Assembly (NCBI GenBank): GCA_963767925.1
Contig: CAVYGB010000008.1
Span: 704,001 to 768,000 of the forward strand
DNA: 64,000 nucleotides
DNA from: an uncultured delta proteobacterium
GTDB lineage: Bacteria > Myxococcota_A > Polyangia > Fen-1088
Reading direction: 5' to 3'
Of the stretch, positions 40,806 through 49,918 are shown one piece after another. The notes below the pieces were generated by a model that ran no database searches, had not been told where the DNA came from, and saw only the letters and a program-made list of their open reading frames with translations. The translations under genes and the position numbers were made by a program. Numbering within the stretch: position 1 is the stretch's first letter; each line of letters starts with the position of its first letter.

Positions 40806-43000
40806 ATGAAGATCGCATTCACGCACAACCTCCGGCTCACCGACAGCGAGGATGAGGCGGAGTTCGACACCGCCGAGACCGTCGACGCCATCGCCAACGG
40901 CCTGCGCGCGGGCGGTCACGAGGTCGAGAAGATCGAGGTGACGGGCCCCGCCTCGCACCTGGCCGCCCGCATCGAGTCCTTCGCGCCCCGATCTCATCTT
41001 CAACACCGCCGAGGGCCGGCGCGGGCGCACCCGCGAGGCCTTTTACCCCGCCCTGTTCGAGGAGCTGGGCTTCCCCTACACCGGCTCGGACGCCTACGTG
41101 ATGACGGTGACCCTCGACAAGTGGCTCACCAAGCTGGTCCTCGCCGCCCAGGGCATCGACACCCCCCGCGGCCGCCTCGTCGTGCCGGACGACCTGCGCC
41201 GCATGCGCGAGGCCGGCATCGGTGGGCCTCGCCTTCCCCGTCATCGTCAAGCCGAACTACGAGGGCTCGTCCAAGGGGATCGGGGACGATGCGGTGGCCC
41301 GCGACGCCCGCAGCCCTGGCCGAGATGCTGCCCCGCGCCCTGCGCAAGTTCCCCAGCGGCGTGATCGTCGAGGAGTTCATCGCCGGCACCGACGTGACCG
41401 TGCCCTTCGTCGAGGGCCTGGGCGACGACGGCGTGCTGCTGCCGGTCGACTACCTCGTCGATCCGAGCGCCCGCAGCCGCTTCAACCTCTACGACTACCG
41501 GCTGAAGTCCAGCGAATCGAGCCGGGTGCAGGTGCGCTGCCCGCCCGATCTGCCCCGCGACGTCACCGCCCGGGTGCGGGCCACCTCGCGCCTGGCGGTG
41601 CGGGCCCTCGACGTGCGCGACCTCGGGCGCGTCGACTTCCGCATCGGCGAGGACGGGCGCATCTACCTGCTCGAGGTCAACGCTCTGCCCTCGCTCGAGC
41701 GCGGGGCCAGCCTGTTCGCCGCCGCCGTCCGCGAGGGGCTGGACTACGAGGCCACCCTGGGCGCGATCGTGGCCAGCGCAGCCCGCCGGCAGGGTCTGAT
41801 GGCGCCGCCCGGCGCAAACGCCGGCGCAAGCCGGCCGACCCGCTGCGCATCGGCTTCACCTTCAACGTGAAGCGGGTCGACTCCAAGGGGGGCAACGACG
41901 CCGAGGCGGAGTACGACGCGCCCGAGACCATCGACTCGATCCGCGACGCGCTCGAGAGCTACGGCCACGTCGTGATCCCGCTCGAGGCGACCGCCGAGCT
42001 GCCCCGGCAGCTGATGGAGTCCCCGGTCGACCTGGTCTTCAACATCGCCGAGGGGGTCTCGGGGCGGAACCGCGAGGCGGTCGTGCCCGGCGCTGTGCGA
42101 GCTGATGGGCATCCCCTACACCGGCTCGGACGCCGCCACGCTGTCGATCGCCCTCGACAAGGCGCTGTCCAAGCGGGTCCTGCGCCAGCACGGCATCCTC
42201 ACGCCCGAGTTCCAGGTCATGGAGACCGGGCGCGAGCGGCTGTCGCCCAAGCTGAAGTTTCCCGCTCATCGTCAAGCCCAACCAGGAGGGCTCGTCCAAG
42301 GGGGTCAGCGCCCAGGTCTCGGTGGTCGACAACGAAGATGTCCTGCGCCAGGTGGTGCGCGATCTGCATCGAGACGCTACCGGCAGCCGGCCCTCGTCGA
42401 GGACTACATCGCGGGGCGCGAGTTCACGGTCGGGCTGCTCGGCGACAAGCGCCCGCGGGTCCTGCCGCCGATGGAGATCGTCTTCCGCGACAAGAACAAC
42501 TCGCGCCCGGTCTACGACTACCAGATCAAGCAGGAGTGGGAAAAACACGTCTACTACGAGTGCCCGGCCCAGCTGACCCCGGCCGAGCTCAAGAGCATCG
42601 AGCGGGTCTGCGCGCGAGACCTTCGCCGCCCTCGACTGCCGCGACGTCGCCCGGGTCGACCTGCGCATGAACGCCAAGGGCGAGATCTACGTCCTCGAGG
42701 TCAACCCGCTGCCCGGGCTGACCCCCGGGTACTCCGATCTCTGCCTGATTGCGCAAGGCAGCCAACATCGACTACCGCTCGCTCATCGGCGAGATCCTGG
42801 CCGGCGGCCTCAAGCGGCTGCGCGAGAAGCGCCGGGCGGAGGCCGCCAAGTCCGGCCCCACCACCACCGCCGGGACCGCGGCGAGCGCCCCCTCGGCGGC
42901 GGCGGCCGGGGCAGAGGGGAGCAACGGCTCCAAGGACGAGGGTCGCGGGCTGGCCGACGAGGAGAAGACCCCCACCCCGCCCGACGTCATGTTGCCCTGA
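40806..43000 (+). CDS. Tandem double D-Ala-D-Ala-ligase-like ATP-grasp protein (several frameshifts)
   Basis: Two copies of FN.AEG, PYTGSD, KPN.EGSSKG, RVD.R, LEVN.LP; no in-frame start before the second domain. Confidence 0.8.
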
Positions 43001-43082
43001 GGGCCCTGGCGAGCGCGCTCGCCGGGGGTCCAGCGCAACCAGAAACTGGGCGTGGCCTCCCGGTTGGGGGTAAAACTGCTAC

Positions 43083-44197
43083 GTGCGACGACGGTTACGC
43101 GACATGGGCTTCACGCTCGGGCGCCTGCCGCCCGGCCCATGGAACGCGATCACCGACGTGAAGGGCGTCCGGGTCGGCCACACCACGCTCATCGAGGGTG
43201 AAGGGCCGCTCATGGTGGGCAAGGGGCCCGTGCGCACCGGGGTGACCGCGGTGCTGGCCGGCTCGTCGACATCTTCGAGCGGCGGGCGATGGCCGGCTCC
43301 TTCGTGCTCAACGGGGCCGGCGAGGTCTCGGGGCTGACCCAGGTGCAGGAGTGGGGCCTGCTCGAGACGCCCATCCTCCTCACCAACACCATGTCGGTGG
43401 GCAAGGTGTCCGACGCCGCGGTCAAGTGGATGACCCGGCACTTCCCGGGCATCGGCAGCGAATACGACGTCGTCATCCCGCTGGTGGGTGAATGCGACGA
43501 CTCCTGGCTCAACGACGCGGTCGGACGGCACGTCCGCTCCGAACACGTGTACCGGGCCATCGAGCAGGCCACCTCGGGCCCGGTGGCCGAGGGCTCGGTG
43601 GGCGCCGGGACGGGGATGGTCACCTGCGACTTCAAGGGGGGCATCGGCACCAGCTCGCGCCGGGTGCCGGCCGAGATTGGTTTTTACACCCTGGGGGTGC
43701 TGGTCCAGACCAACTTCGGGGTCATGCGCTCGCTGGTGATCGACGGCGCCCCGGTCGGCGAGATCCTCGAGCCCACCTTCGGCTCGAGCGAGCGGCGGCT
43801 GCACAACGCCGGCTCGATCATCTGCGTGGTGGCGACCGACGCCCCCCTGTTGCCCTCGCAGATCACCCGGCTCTGCAAGCGGGCGGCGCTGGGCATCGGC
43901 CGGGTCGGATCCTTCGCCGCCCACGGCTCCGGCGAGATCATCGTCGGATTTTCGACCGCCAACCAGGTGCCGCGCCACACCTCGGGCATGACCACCCGTC
44001 TCGAGGTGCTGCTGGACCCCGCCTGCGACGGCCTCTACGAGGCCGTCGTCGAGTGCACCGAGGAGGCCATCGTCAACGCGCTGTGCGTCTCCGACAGCAT
44101 GCGGGGGCAGTCCGACCACTTCGCGCCCGCCTTGCCCCTGGCGGATCTCGAGCAGATCTTGCGCCGGTACCGCTCGGCGCGCACCCGTCCCGCCTAG
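43083..44197 (+). CDS. dmpA: P1/S58 family peptidase, DmpA-like (frameshift near 43260)
   Basis: NAITDV.GVRVGH, RTGVTA, LNG.GE, GECDDS.LND, GAGTGM, FKGGIGTSSR, G|SII autocleavage site, ATDAP. Confidence 0.9.
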
Positions 44198-44209
44198 GCG
44201 GAGCAACCG

Positions 44210-45267
44210 ATGCACATCTGTGTTCTGGTCGGGGACGTCAAGGCGCTCAAGCCGCGTTTCGGCAGCGTCCACCTGGCCTGGGCGGCCCACCGCCGCGGCC
44301 ACGACGTGCACTTCGTCTCGGTCGACGACCTCTCTTACCTGAACGACAACAGCATCCTGGGCACCACAACCCGGGCCCGGGCCGGCGACTACGCCCGCGC
44401 CGGCCGACTACCTGGAGGCCCTCCGCTCCGTCGGAGGCGGTCCGGGACGAGGAGGCGCTGTCGCGGCTTCGACGTGGTCTTCCTGCGCTACAACCCCCTC
44501 ACCGAGAGCGCGGCCCACGCCGGATCGCCGGTCATCGATCTCTGCTGGCGGCTGCGCCTGGGCGGCACCCTCGTGATCAACGATCCGGAGGGCGTCCGGC
44601 GCGCCGGCAGCGGCATGTACCTGGCCGACCTGCCGGCCGAGATCCGGGTGCGGACGCTGGTCTCGCGCTCGCGGGCCCGCCTGCGCGAGTTCCTGCGCGA
44701 GCTGGACAGCCCGGCCGTGCTGCGCGCCCTCTCCCCCTCGGGCGGGGAGAAGGTCTTTTACGTTCGCCGCCGCCAGAAGGCCAACGTCAACCAGATGATC
44801 AGCGCCCTCACGAAGGAGGGTTACGCGGTGGCGCAGGAGTACCCGCCCGAGGCCGAACACGGCGAGAAGCGGATCCTGCTGCTGGGCGGCGAGCCGATCC
44901 GGATCGGGACGGACGTGGCCATCTACCGCCGGGTCCCCTTGCTGAAGGGGGGCCTCACCGACACCCTGGTCGAGACCCCGGGCGGGCGGGGCCGGCGAAA
45001 GCGCTGCGAGTTCGGGCCGGTCGAAGCGCGCCTGTGCGAGATCTTGCGCCCCAAGCTGCTGGCCGATGGCCTCTACTTCGTCTCGTCGACCTGGTCGGCG
45101 ACAAAATACTTGGACTCAACGTGTTCACCCCGAGTGGACTGCGGTCGCTCTCGGAGATATACGGCGTCGAGGTGGGCGAGATCGTCGTTCGTGACCTGGA
45201 GCGGCGGGTCCGGTTACGCGCCGCCTATCGGACCACGTTCGATCCGGAGGCCGCTGACATCGTGTGA
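44210..45267 (+). CDS. Glutathione synthetase (GshB)-like ATP-grasp protein, degenerate (frameshifts)
   Basis: FDVVFLR.NP, VINDP.G, AQEY.P, GEKRILL..GEP, DLVGDKIL.LNVF.P. Confidence 0.75.
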
Positions 45268-45321
45268 GGTGGGTCCCTGCTGGAAAAGCCAACGACATCC
45301 GGCTACGCTGATGCCGCAGTC

Positions 45322-46586
45322 TTGCGAGAATCGGCGCAGCACGGCTTCTCGGCGGAGACCGAGGATGACACGACGGTCGCCGCCCAGGCTGGCGCGCCGG
45401 TGGGGCCCCTTGCCCCCACGCCGCTGACCGTCTCGAACGCCGACACCGGCGAGATCATCTCGATCGCGCCCGGACCCATCCTGACGGTCTCGGCCGAGGA
45501 GATCGCGCGCTTCTTCGTCCGGGTGAGGCGGGACCAGGACGCCGAGCGCTGGGACGTCCGTCTCGACGGCGCCCTCCGGGAGATCCTCGAGCGGGCCAAC
45601 GACTTCGTCCCCTCCGAGTCGGGCGGCATCCTGCTCGACGATCCCCGGGCCAAGCTGGCCGGCGTGCGGACGCCCCGCCTCACCTTCATCGCGGTGTACG
45701 GGCCAAACTCGGCCCAGCTGCTCGGCAAGCGGGTGCCCACCGAGCGGGGGTTCGTCGGGGAGATCTACCGGGGCGGCCGGGCGGTGCACACCGATCGGCT
45801 GACGGTCGACGATCCCCTGCTGGCCACCTTGCCCCCGCGATCCTCGGGCCCCCCGGTCCAGTCGATCATCGGCGTGCCCGTCATCGTCGGCGAGTCGATC
45901 TGCGGGGTGCTGCTTGCTGACCAACCGGCGGGCCGGCGGCGCCTACAGCACCCGGGAGAGCGAGCTGCTGCAGATCTTCGCCGCGTACATGTCCTCGTCG
46001 ATCCAGAACGCGCTCGACGCCATCCGGGCCCGGGCCCTCGCCCGGCTCGATCACCTCACCGGCCTGTTCAACAGCCGCTACTTTCACGTGCGGCTGCAGG
46101 ACGAGATCGCCCGGGCGGATCGCGAGGGGACGGAGCTGTCGATGCTGTTCGTCGACCTCGACAACTTCAAGCTGGTCAACGACCGCTTCGGCCACATGGC
46201 GGGGAGCTGGACCCTGCGCGAGGTGGCCCGGCTGCTCACCGAAAACGCGCCCCCCGCCACCGTGCTGGCCCGCTACGGCGGCGACGAGTTCGCCGCCATC
46301 CTGCCCAACACCGGCCTGGCCCGGGCGGTCCAGATCGGCCGAGCACCTCCGGCGCGTCATCGCCGACGCCACCCTCTTCGACATGGAGTCCGAGCCGGGG
46401 CAGCCGGCGCAGATGTTGCCCGGGGTGCGGGCCTCGGTCGGGGTGGCCTCCTACCGCGACCACCTGGCCCCGGGGGGCAACCAGCGCCGTCGGGGCAACG
46501 TGTTCCTGCGGCTGAGCGACTCGGCCATGTACCGCGCCAAGGCCAACGGCCGGAACCGGGTCGAGGTCGCCGAAGCCGAAGAATGA
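45322..46586 (+). CDS. GAF-GGDEF diguanylate cyclase (frameshifts; start uncertain)
   Basis: GAF segment; DHLTGLFN, DLDNFKLVNDRFGH, RYGGDEF, SVGVA, AMYRAK..GRN. Confidence 0.88.
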
Positions 46587-47176
46587 CCGCCGCCGTCCGG
46601 GCGGTCCTGCTGGTCGCCGCCGCGGGAGCGGCCTGCAACCGGGTGGGGGGAGAGGAGGGGCTCGAGGCCCGGACTCCCCTCGTCGAGCTGCGCGACGAGA
46701 CGGGCCAGCGGCGCCTGGCGGTCTGGAAGGTCGACGACGGGTTTCGCTGGCTCGACCGCCAGGAGGGCTCCGGCCGCATCCAGGTGGGGCCCGCCGAGCG
46801 GCTGCTGGCCCACGATCCCGAGCGCGGCCCGGTCGAGGTCTCGCCGCCCGGACCGGGTGGCCGGCAGCTCCGGCGGGCCGACGGCACGGCGCTCCGCCTC
46901 AGCCGGGAGGGCACCTTGCTGCGGCTGGGGGACGGGGCCGGCATTCCGCTGGCGCGCGCCCGGGTGGAGGCGGAGGAGGCCCTGGTTCACGACGCGGGTG
47001 GCGTCGTGGTCCTGCGGGCGCGCCGCGCGGGCGGACGCATCGTGGTGACGGATCGGGAGGGGCGCGCAGCGGCTTTCGTCGTGGGGCAGGCGTCGCCTGA
47101 ATACGCGGCGCTGGCCGCCCTGCCCGGGATGCGCGCGGTGGAGCGGGCTCTGTTGCTCGTCGTGCGGGGACCGTGA
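46583..47176 (+). CDS. Hypothetical lipoprotein
   Basis: GAAC lipobox; ATGA overlap with the cyclase stop. Confidence 0.6.
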   Translation: MTAAVRAVLLVAAAGAACNRVGGEEGLEARTPLVELRDETGQRRLAVWKVDDGFRWLDRQEGSGRIQVGPAERLLAHDPERGPVEVSPPGPGGRQLRRADGTALRLSREGTLLRLGDGAGIPLARARVEAEEALVHDAGGVVVLRARRAGGRIVVTDREGRAAAFVVGQASPEYAALAALPGMRAVERALLLVVRGP

Positions 47177-47190
47177 GGGAGAAGCGGCGG

Positions 47191-47388
47191 TTACTCTTCA
47201 GCCAGCGCCCGCGCCAGGATCCGGACCGCGAGCTTGTACGGCTCGACGCGATACCGACCAGCAGCCACCAGCCTCCGCAACTCCTCCACCCGTGCCGCCC
47301 GCGCGATCTGCTCGCCGCTGCGCGAAGCCGCCACGGAGGCGCGCTTGCCGGAGAGCTTTCGCGAGGTGTGCCGACCTGTGAACGTCAT
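47191..47388 (-). CDS. flgM: FlgM-like anti-sigma28 factor (short)
   Basis: R.ARVEELR..V..G.Y.V....LA..IL matches the FlgM C-terminal pattern; directly downstream of fliA. Confidence 0.78.
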   Translation of the reverse strand: MTFTGRHTSRKLSGKRASVAASRSGEQIARAARVEELRRLVAAGRYRVEPYKLAVRILARALAEE

Positions 47389-47395
47389 ACCCACT

Positions 47396-47423
47396 TCATC
47401 GACCGGAATCCGGAGACTCTTTA
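47396..47423 (-). promoter_or_regulatory. sigma28 promoter of flgM (leaderless)
   Basis: TAAA-N16-GTCGATGA, ending 7 nt before ATG 47388. Confidence 0.7.
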
Positions 47424-47502
47424 GAGCCGAACCCCGAAAAAAGCGCGCGAAGTAGGAAAGTCCAGGGATTTCGGTGGTTTTACGCTCAGGCCAGACCCCC
47501 GG

Positions 47503-48272
47503 TCAGGCCGCGACGGTCTCTTCCAGCTCGCTCAGCGACTCACGAAGTCGGCGGGTGGCCTCTCCGTGGATCTGGCAGACCCGAGACTCGGTGACGCCCA
47601 GAACCTCGCCGATCTCCTTGAGATTCAGGTTCTCGCAGTAATAAAGGGAGAGGACCTGCTGCATCTTCTCGGGCAGATCGTCGATGCCGTCCACCAGCCG
47701 GGCCAGGGTCTCCCGGTGGGCCGTCACCTCGAAGGGGTCGGGGAGCTCTCGTCGCTGGTGCGCTCCAGGAAGTCGGGCCCCGCGTCGTCGATGCCGACCA
47801 CCGACGACCCCGACAGCTTCTGCTGGCGGGCGTACAGCTCGTCGACCGCCACCCCGAGGGTCTCGGCCAGCTCCTCCTGGTCGGGCGAACGACCGAGCTG
47901 CGACTCCAGCCGACGGGTCGCCTCGCGCAGCTCGTTGGACAGCCGCCGCATGTCGCGCGACAGGGTGTCGCGGGCGCGCAGGTCGTCCAGCATGGCGCCG
48001 CGGATCCGGTATTCGGCGAAGGCCTCGAACCGATCGACCCGCTTGGGGTCGTAGCGCTCGGCCGCTTCCATCAGGCCGATCACGCCCGAGGAGATCAGGT
48101 CGTCGATCTCGACGTGGGCGGGCAGTCGGCGCGCCAGCCGGCGGGCGACCTTCTCGATGTATGGAAAGAACTTAGCGGCGTACTCTCGCCGCCGATCCGC
48201 CAGAGCCTTGCGAGACAGCTTCGGTGCCCGTTTGGGTCGCTTCCGCTTGGGCGCAACAGCTTTGGTCGGCAT
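47503..48272 (-). CDS. fliA: FliA/WhiG family sigma factor (frameshift near 47745)
   Basis: LPAHVEIDDL.S.G..GL, RIRGAMLD.LR..D, LSLYY.E.LNLKEIG.VLGVTESRVCQIH. Confidence 0.93.
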
Positions 48273-48285
48273 GCTGGCGCAGACG

Positions 48286-48302
48286 AGCAGAGTTCGTGCC
48301 AG
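48286..48302 (-). promoter_or_regulatory. sigma54 -24/-12 promoter of fliA
   Basis: CTGGCACGAACTCTGCT = TGGCACG-N4-CTGC, exact GG-N10-GC spacing. Confidence 0.8.
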
Positions 48303-48363
48303 CGAAGGCTCTGCAGAAAGCTCGCGATCCCATTGGTGTAGGACGTGTGGGACGGCCCAAGAG

Positions 48364-48413
48364 CGTCAGAGGGATGACGATCTTGGGCTCTTGACGGCGT
48401 CAGCCCGGTGACG
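48364..48413. promoter_or_regulatory. Two FleQ-box-like enhancer palindromes
   Basis: CGTCA-GAGGGA-TGACG (48364-48379) and CGTCA-GCCCGG-TGACG (48398-48413). Confidence 0.7.
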
Positions 48414-48469
48414 ATGTTTTTCTGTCTTCGCTCCTGCTCTGACACCCTCACTCCCGGCTCGTCGGAACG

Positions 48470-49816
48470 TCAGGCGACGTTGCGACGTCGTAGCTTCTCC
48501 ACCAATGTCGTACGGTTCATGCCGAGCAGCTCGGCGGCGCGATTCTTGTTGCCTCCCGTGCGGGCCAGTGCCTGCTTGATGAATCGATCTTCGAGCTGCG
48601 ACAGCAACATTCGCAAGTCAACCCCCGAAGGAGGAAGATCCAGCCGGCCGGCGTTGACGTCGACGACGTCGTCTCGCAGGTTGGGCGGCAGATCGTCCAG
48701 CGTGACGGTGCGATTGCCCGCCAGCAGCACGAGCCGCTCGATGGCGTTCTCGAGCTGGCGCACGTTGCCCGGCCAGTCGTGGGTCTGCAGCCGGGCCAGC
48801 ACCTCGGAGGTGAAGCCGGGCACCAGGCGGGCGTCGCGGGCGTTGAACTCCTTGCGGAAGTGCTCGGCCAGCAGGGTGATGTCCTCCCGGCGCTCGCGCA
48901 GGGGGGGCAGCTCGATGGGGATGACGTCGAGCCGGTAGTAGAGGTCCTCCCGGAAGTACCCGTCCTTGACCAGTTGCTCGAGGTTGCGGTGGGTGGCGGC
49001 GATGACCCGCACGTCGAAGGCCACGCTCTCGCCACCGCCCACCGGCTGCACCGTCCGCTCCTGCAGGGCGCGCAGCAGCTTGGCCTGCAGGCCCTTGGGC
49101 ATGTCCCCGATCTCGTCGAGGAAGAGCGAGCCGTGGTCGGCTGACTGGAACTTCCCCATGCGGGTGCGCTCGGCCCCCGTGAAGGCGCCCCGCACGTGCC
49201 CGAACAGCTCGGACTCCGCCAGGTTCTCGGGGATGGCGGCCATGTTCATCGCCACGAAGGGCGCCGCCCGCCGCGAGCTGGAGGTGTGGATGAGCCGGGC
49301 CACCACCTCCTTGCCGGTCCCGGTCTCGCCCCGGATGAGGACGTTGGCGTCGGTGTCGGCGACCTGGTCGATGCGCTCGAGCACGAGCCGCATGGCCGGA
49401 TGGTCCCCGATGAGGGCGGCCCGCTGCGCCCGATGGGTGCGGCTGTTCCCGCTGCGCTCGTCGAGGACCCGCAGCAGGCTCTCTTCCAGGGCGGTGTGGT
49501 GGAAGGGCTTGGCCAGGAAGTCGGCCGCCCCCAGGCGGAGGGCGGTGATGGCGTCGCCCACCGTTCCGTTGCCCGTCAGGACGATGACGGGGATCGGGGG
49601 CCGCCGGCGGCGCGCCGCTTCGAGGACCTGGAAGCCGTTCCGCTTGGGTAGCTGCAGGTCGGTCACGCACAGATCGACGTCGTCCTGCTCGAGGCGGTGG
49701 ATGGCCAGCTCGCCATCGGCCGCATACACGACCTCGCCGCTGCTTACGCGCAGACTACGTTGGAGCGCGGCGAGAACCGCCGGATCCTCGTCGACGAGGA
49801 GGACGCGCGTCCGCAT
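48470..49816 (-). CDS. sigma54-dependent activator REC-AAA+-HTH, FleQ/FlrA-like
   Basis: GETGTGKE, ESELFGH..GAFTGA, FLDEIG, WPGNVR, C-terminal LP..GVDL and NRTTLVEKLR. Confidence 0.9.
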   Translation of the reverse strand: MRTRVLLVDEDPAVLAALQRSLRVSSGEVVYAADGELAIHRLEQDDVDLCVTDLQLPKRNGFQVLEAARRRRPPIPVIVLTGNGTVGDAITALRLGAADFLAKPFHHTALEESLLRVLDERSGNSRTHRAQRAALIGDHPAMRLVLERIDQVADTDANVLIRGETGTGKEVVARLIHTSSSRRAAPFVAMNMAAIPENLAESELFGHVRGAFTGAERTRMGKFQSADHGSLFLDEIGDMPKGLQAKLLRALQERTVQPVGGGESVAFDVRVIAATHRNLEQLVKDGYFREDLYYRLDVIPIELPPLRERREDITLLAEHFRKEFNARDARLVPGFTSEVLARLQTHDWPGNVRQLENAIERLVLLAGNRTVTLDDLPPNLRDDVVDVNAGRLDLPPSGVDLRMLLSQLEDRFIKQALARTGGNKNRAAELLGMNRTTLVEKLRRRNVA

Positions 49817-49828
49817 GTGCGAAGAGAT

Positions 49829-49855
49829 TCATCGGCTGAAAGAGGGGTGCCTTGA
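49829..49855 (-). promoter_or_regulatory. sigma28 promoter of the sigma54 activator
   Basis: TCAA-N15-GCCGATGA, 12 nt before ATG 49816. Confidence 0.7.
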
Positions 49856-49918
49856 CGACGCCACCGTCGGTCCGGCGGCTGTTGCGTCCGGCCAAGCGGC
49901 CCGCGCCCTGCGGCAGCT

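Noticed and set aside
40806..43000. Annotation as cell-wall ddl or a van resistance ligase
   Set aside because: Lacks the GGxSxE N-terminal motif and the dcw or van context, and has a tandem architecture
43004..43028. GAGCGCGCTC-cored hairpin, also near 23099, as a REP family
   Set aside because: Only two short GC-rich matches with different flanks; could be ordinary terminators or chance
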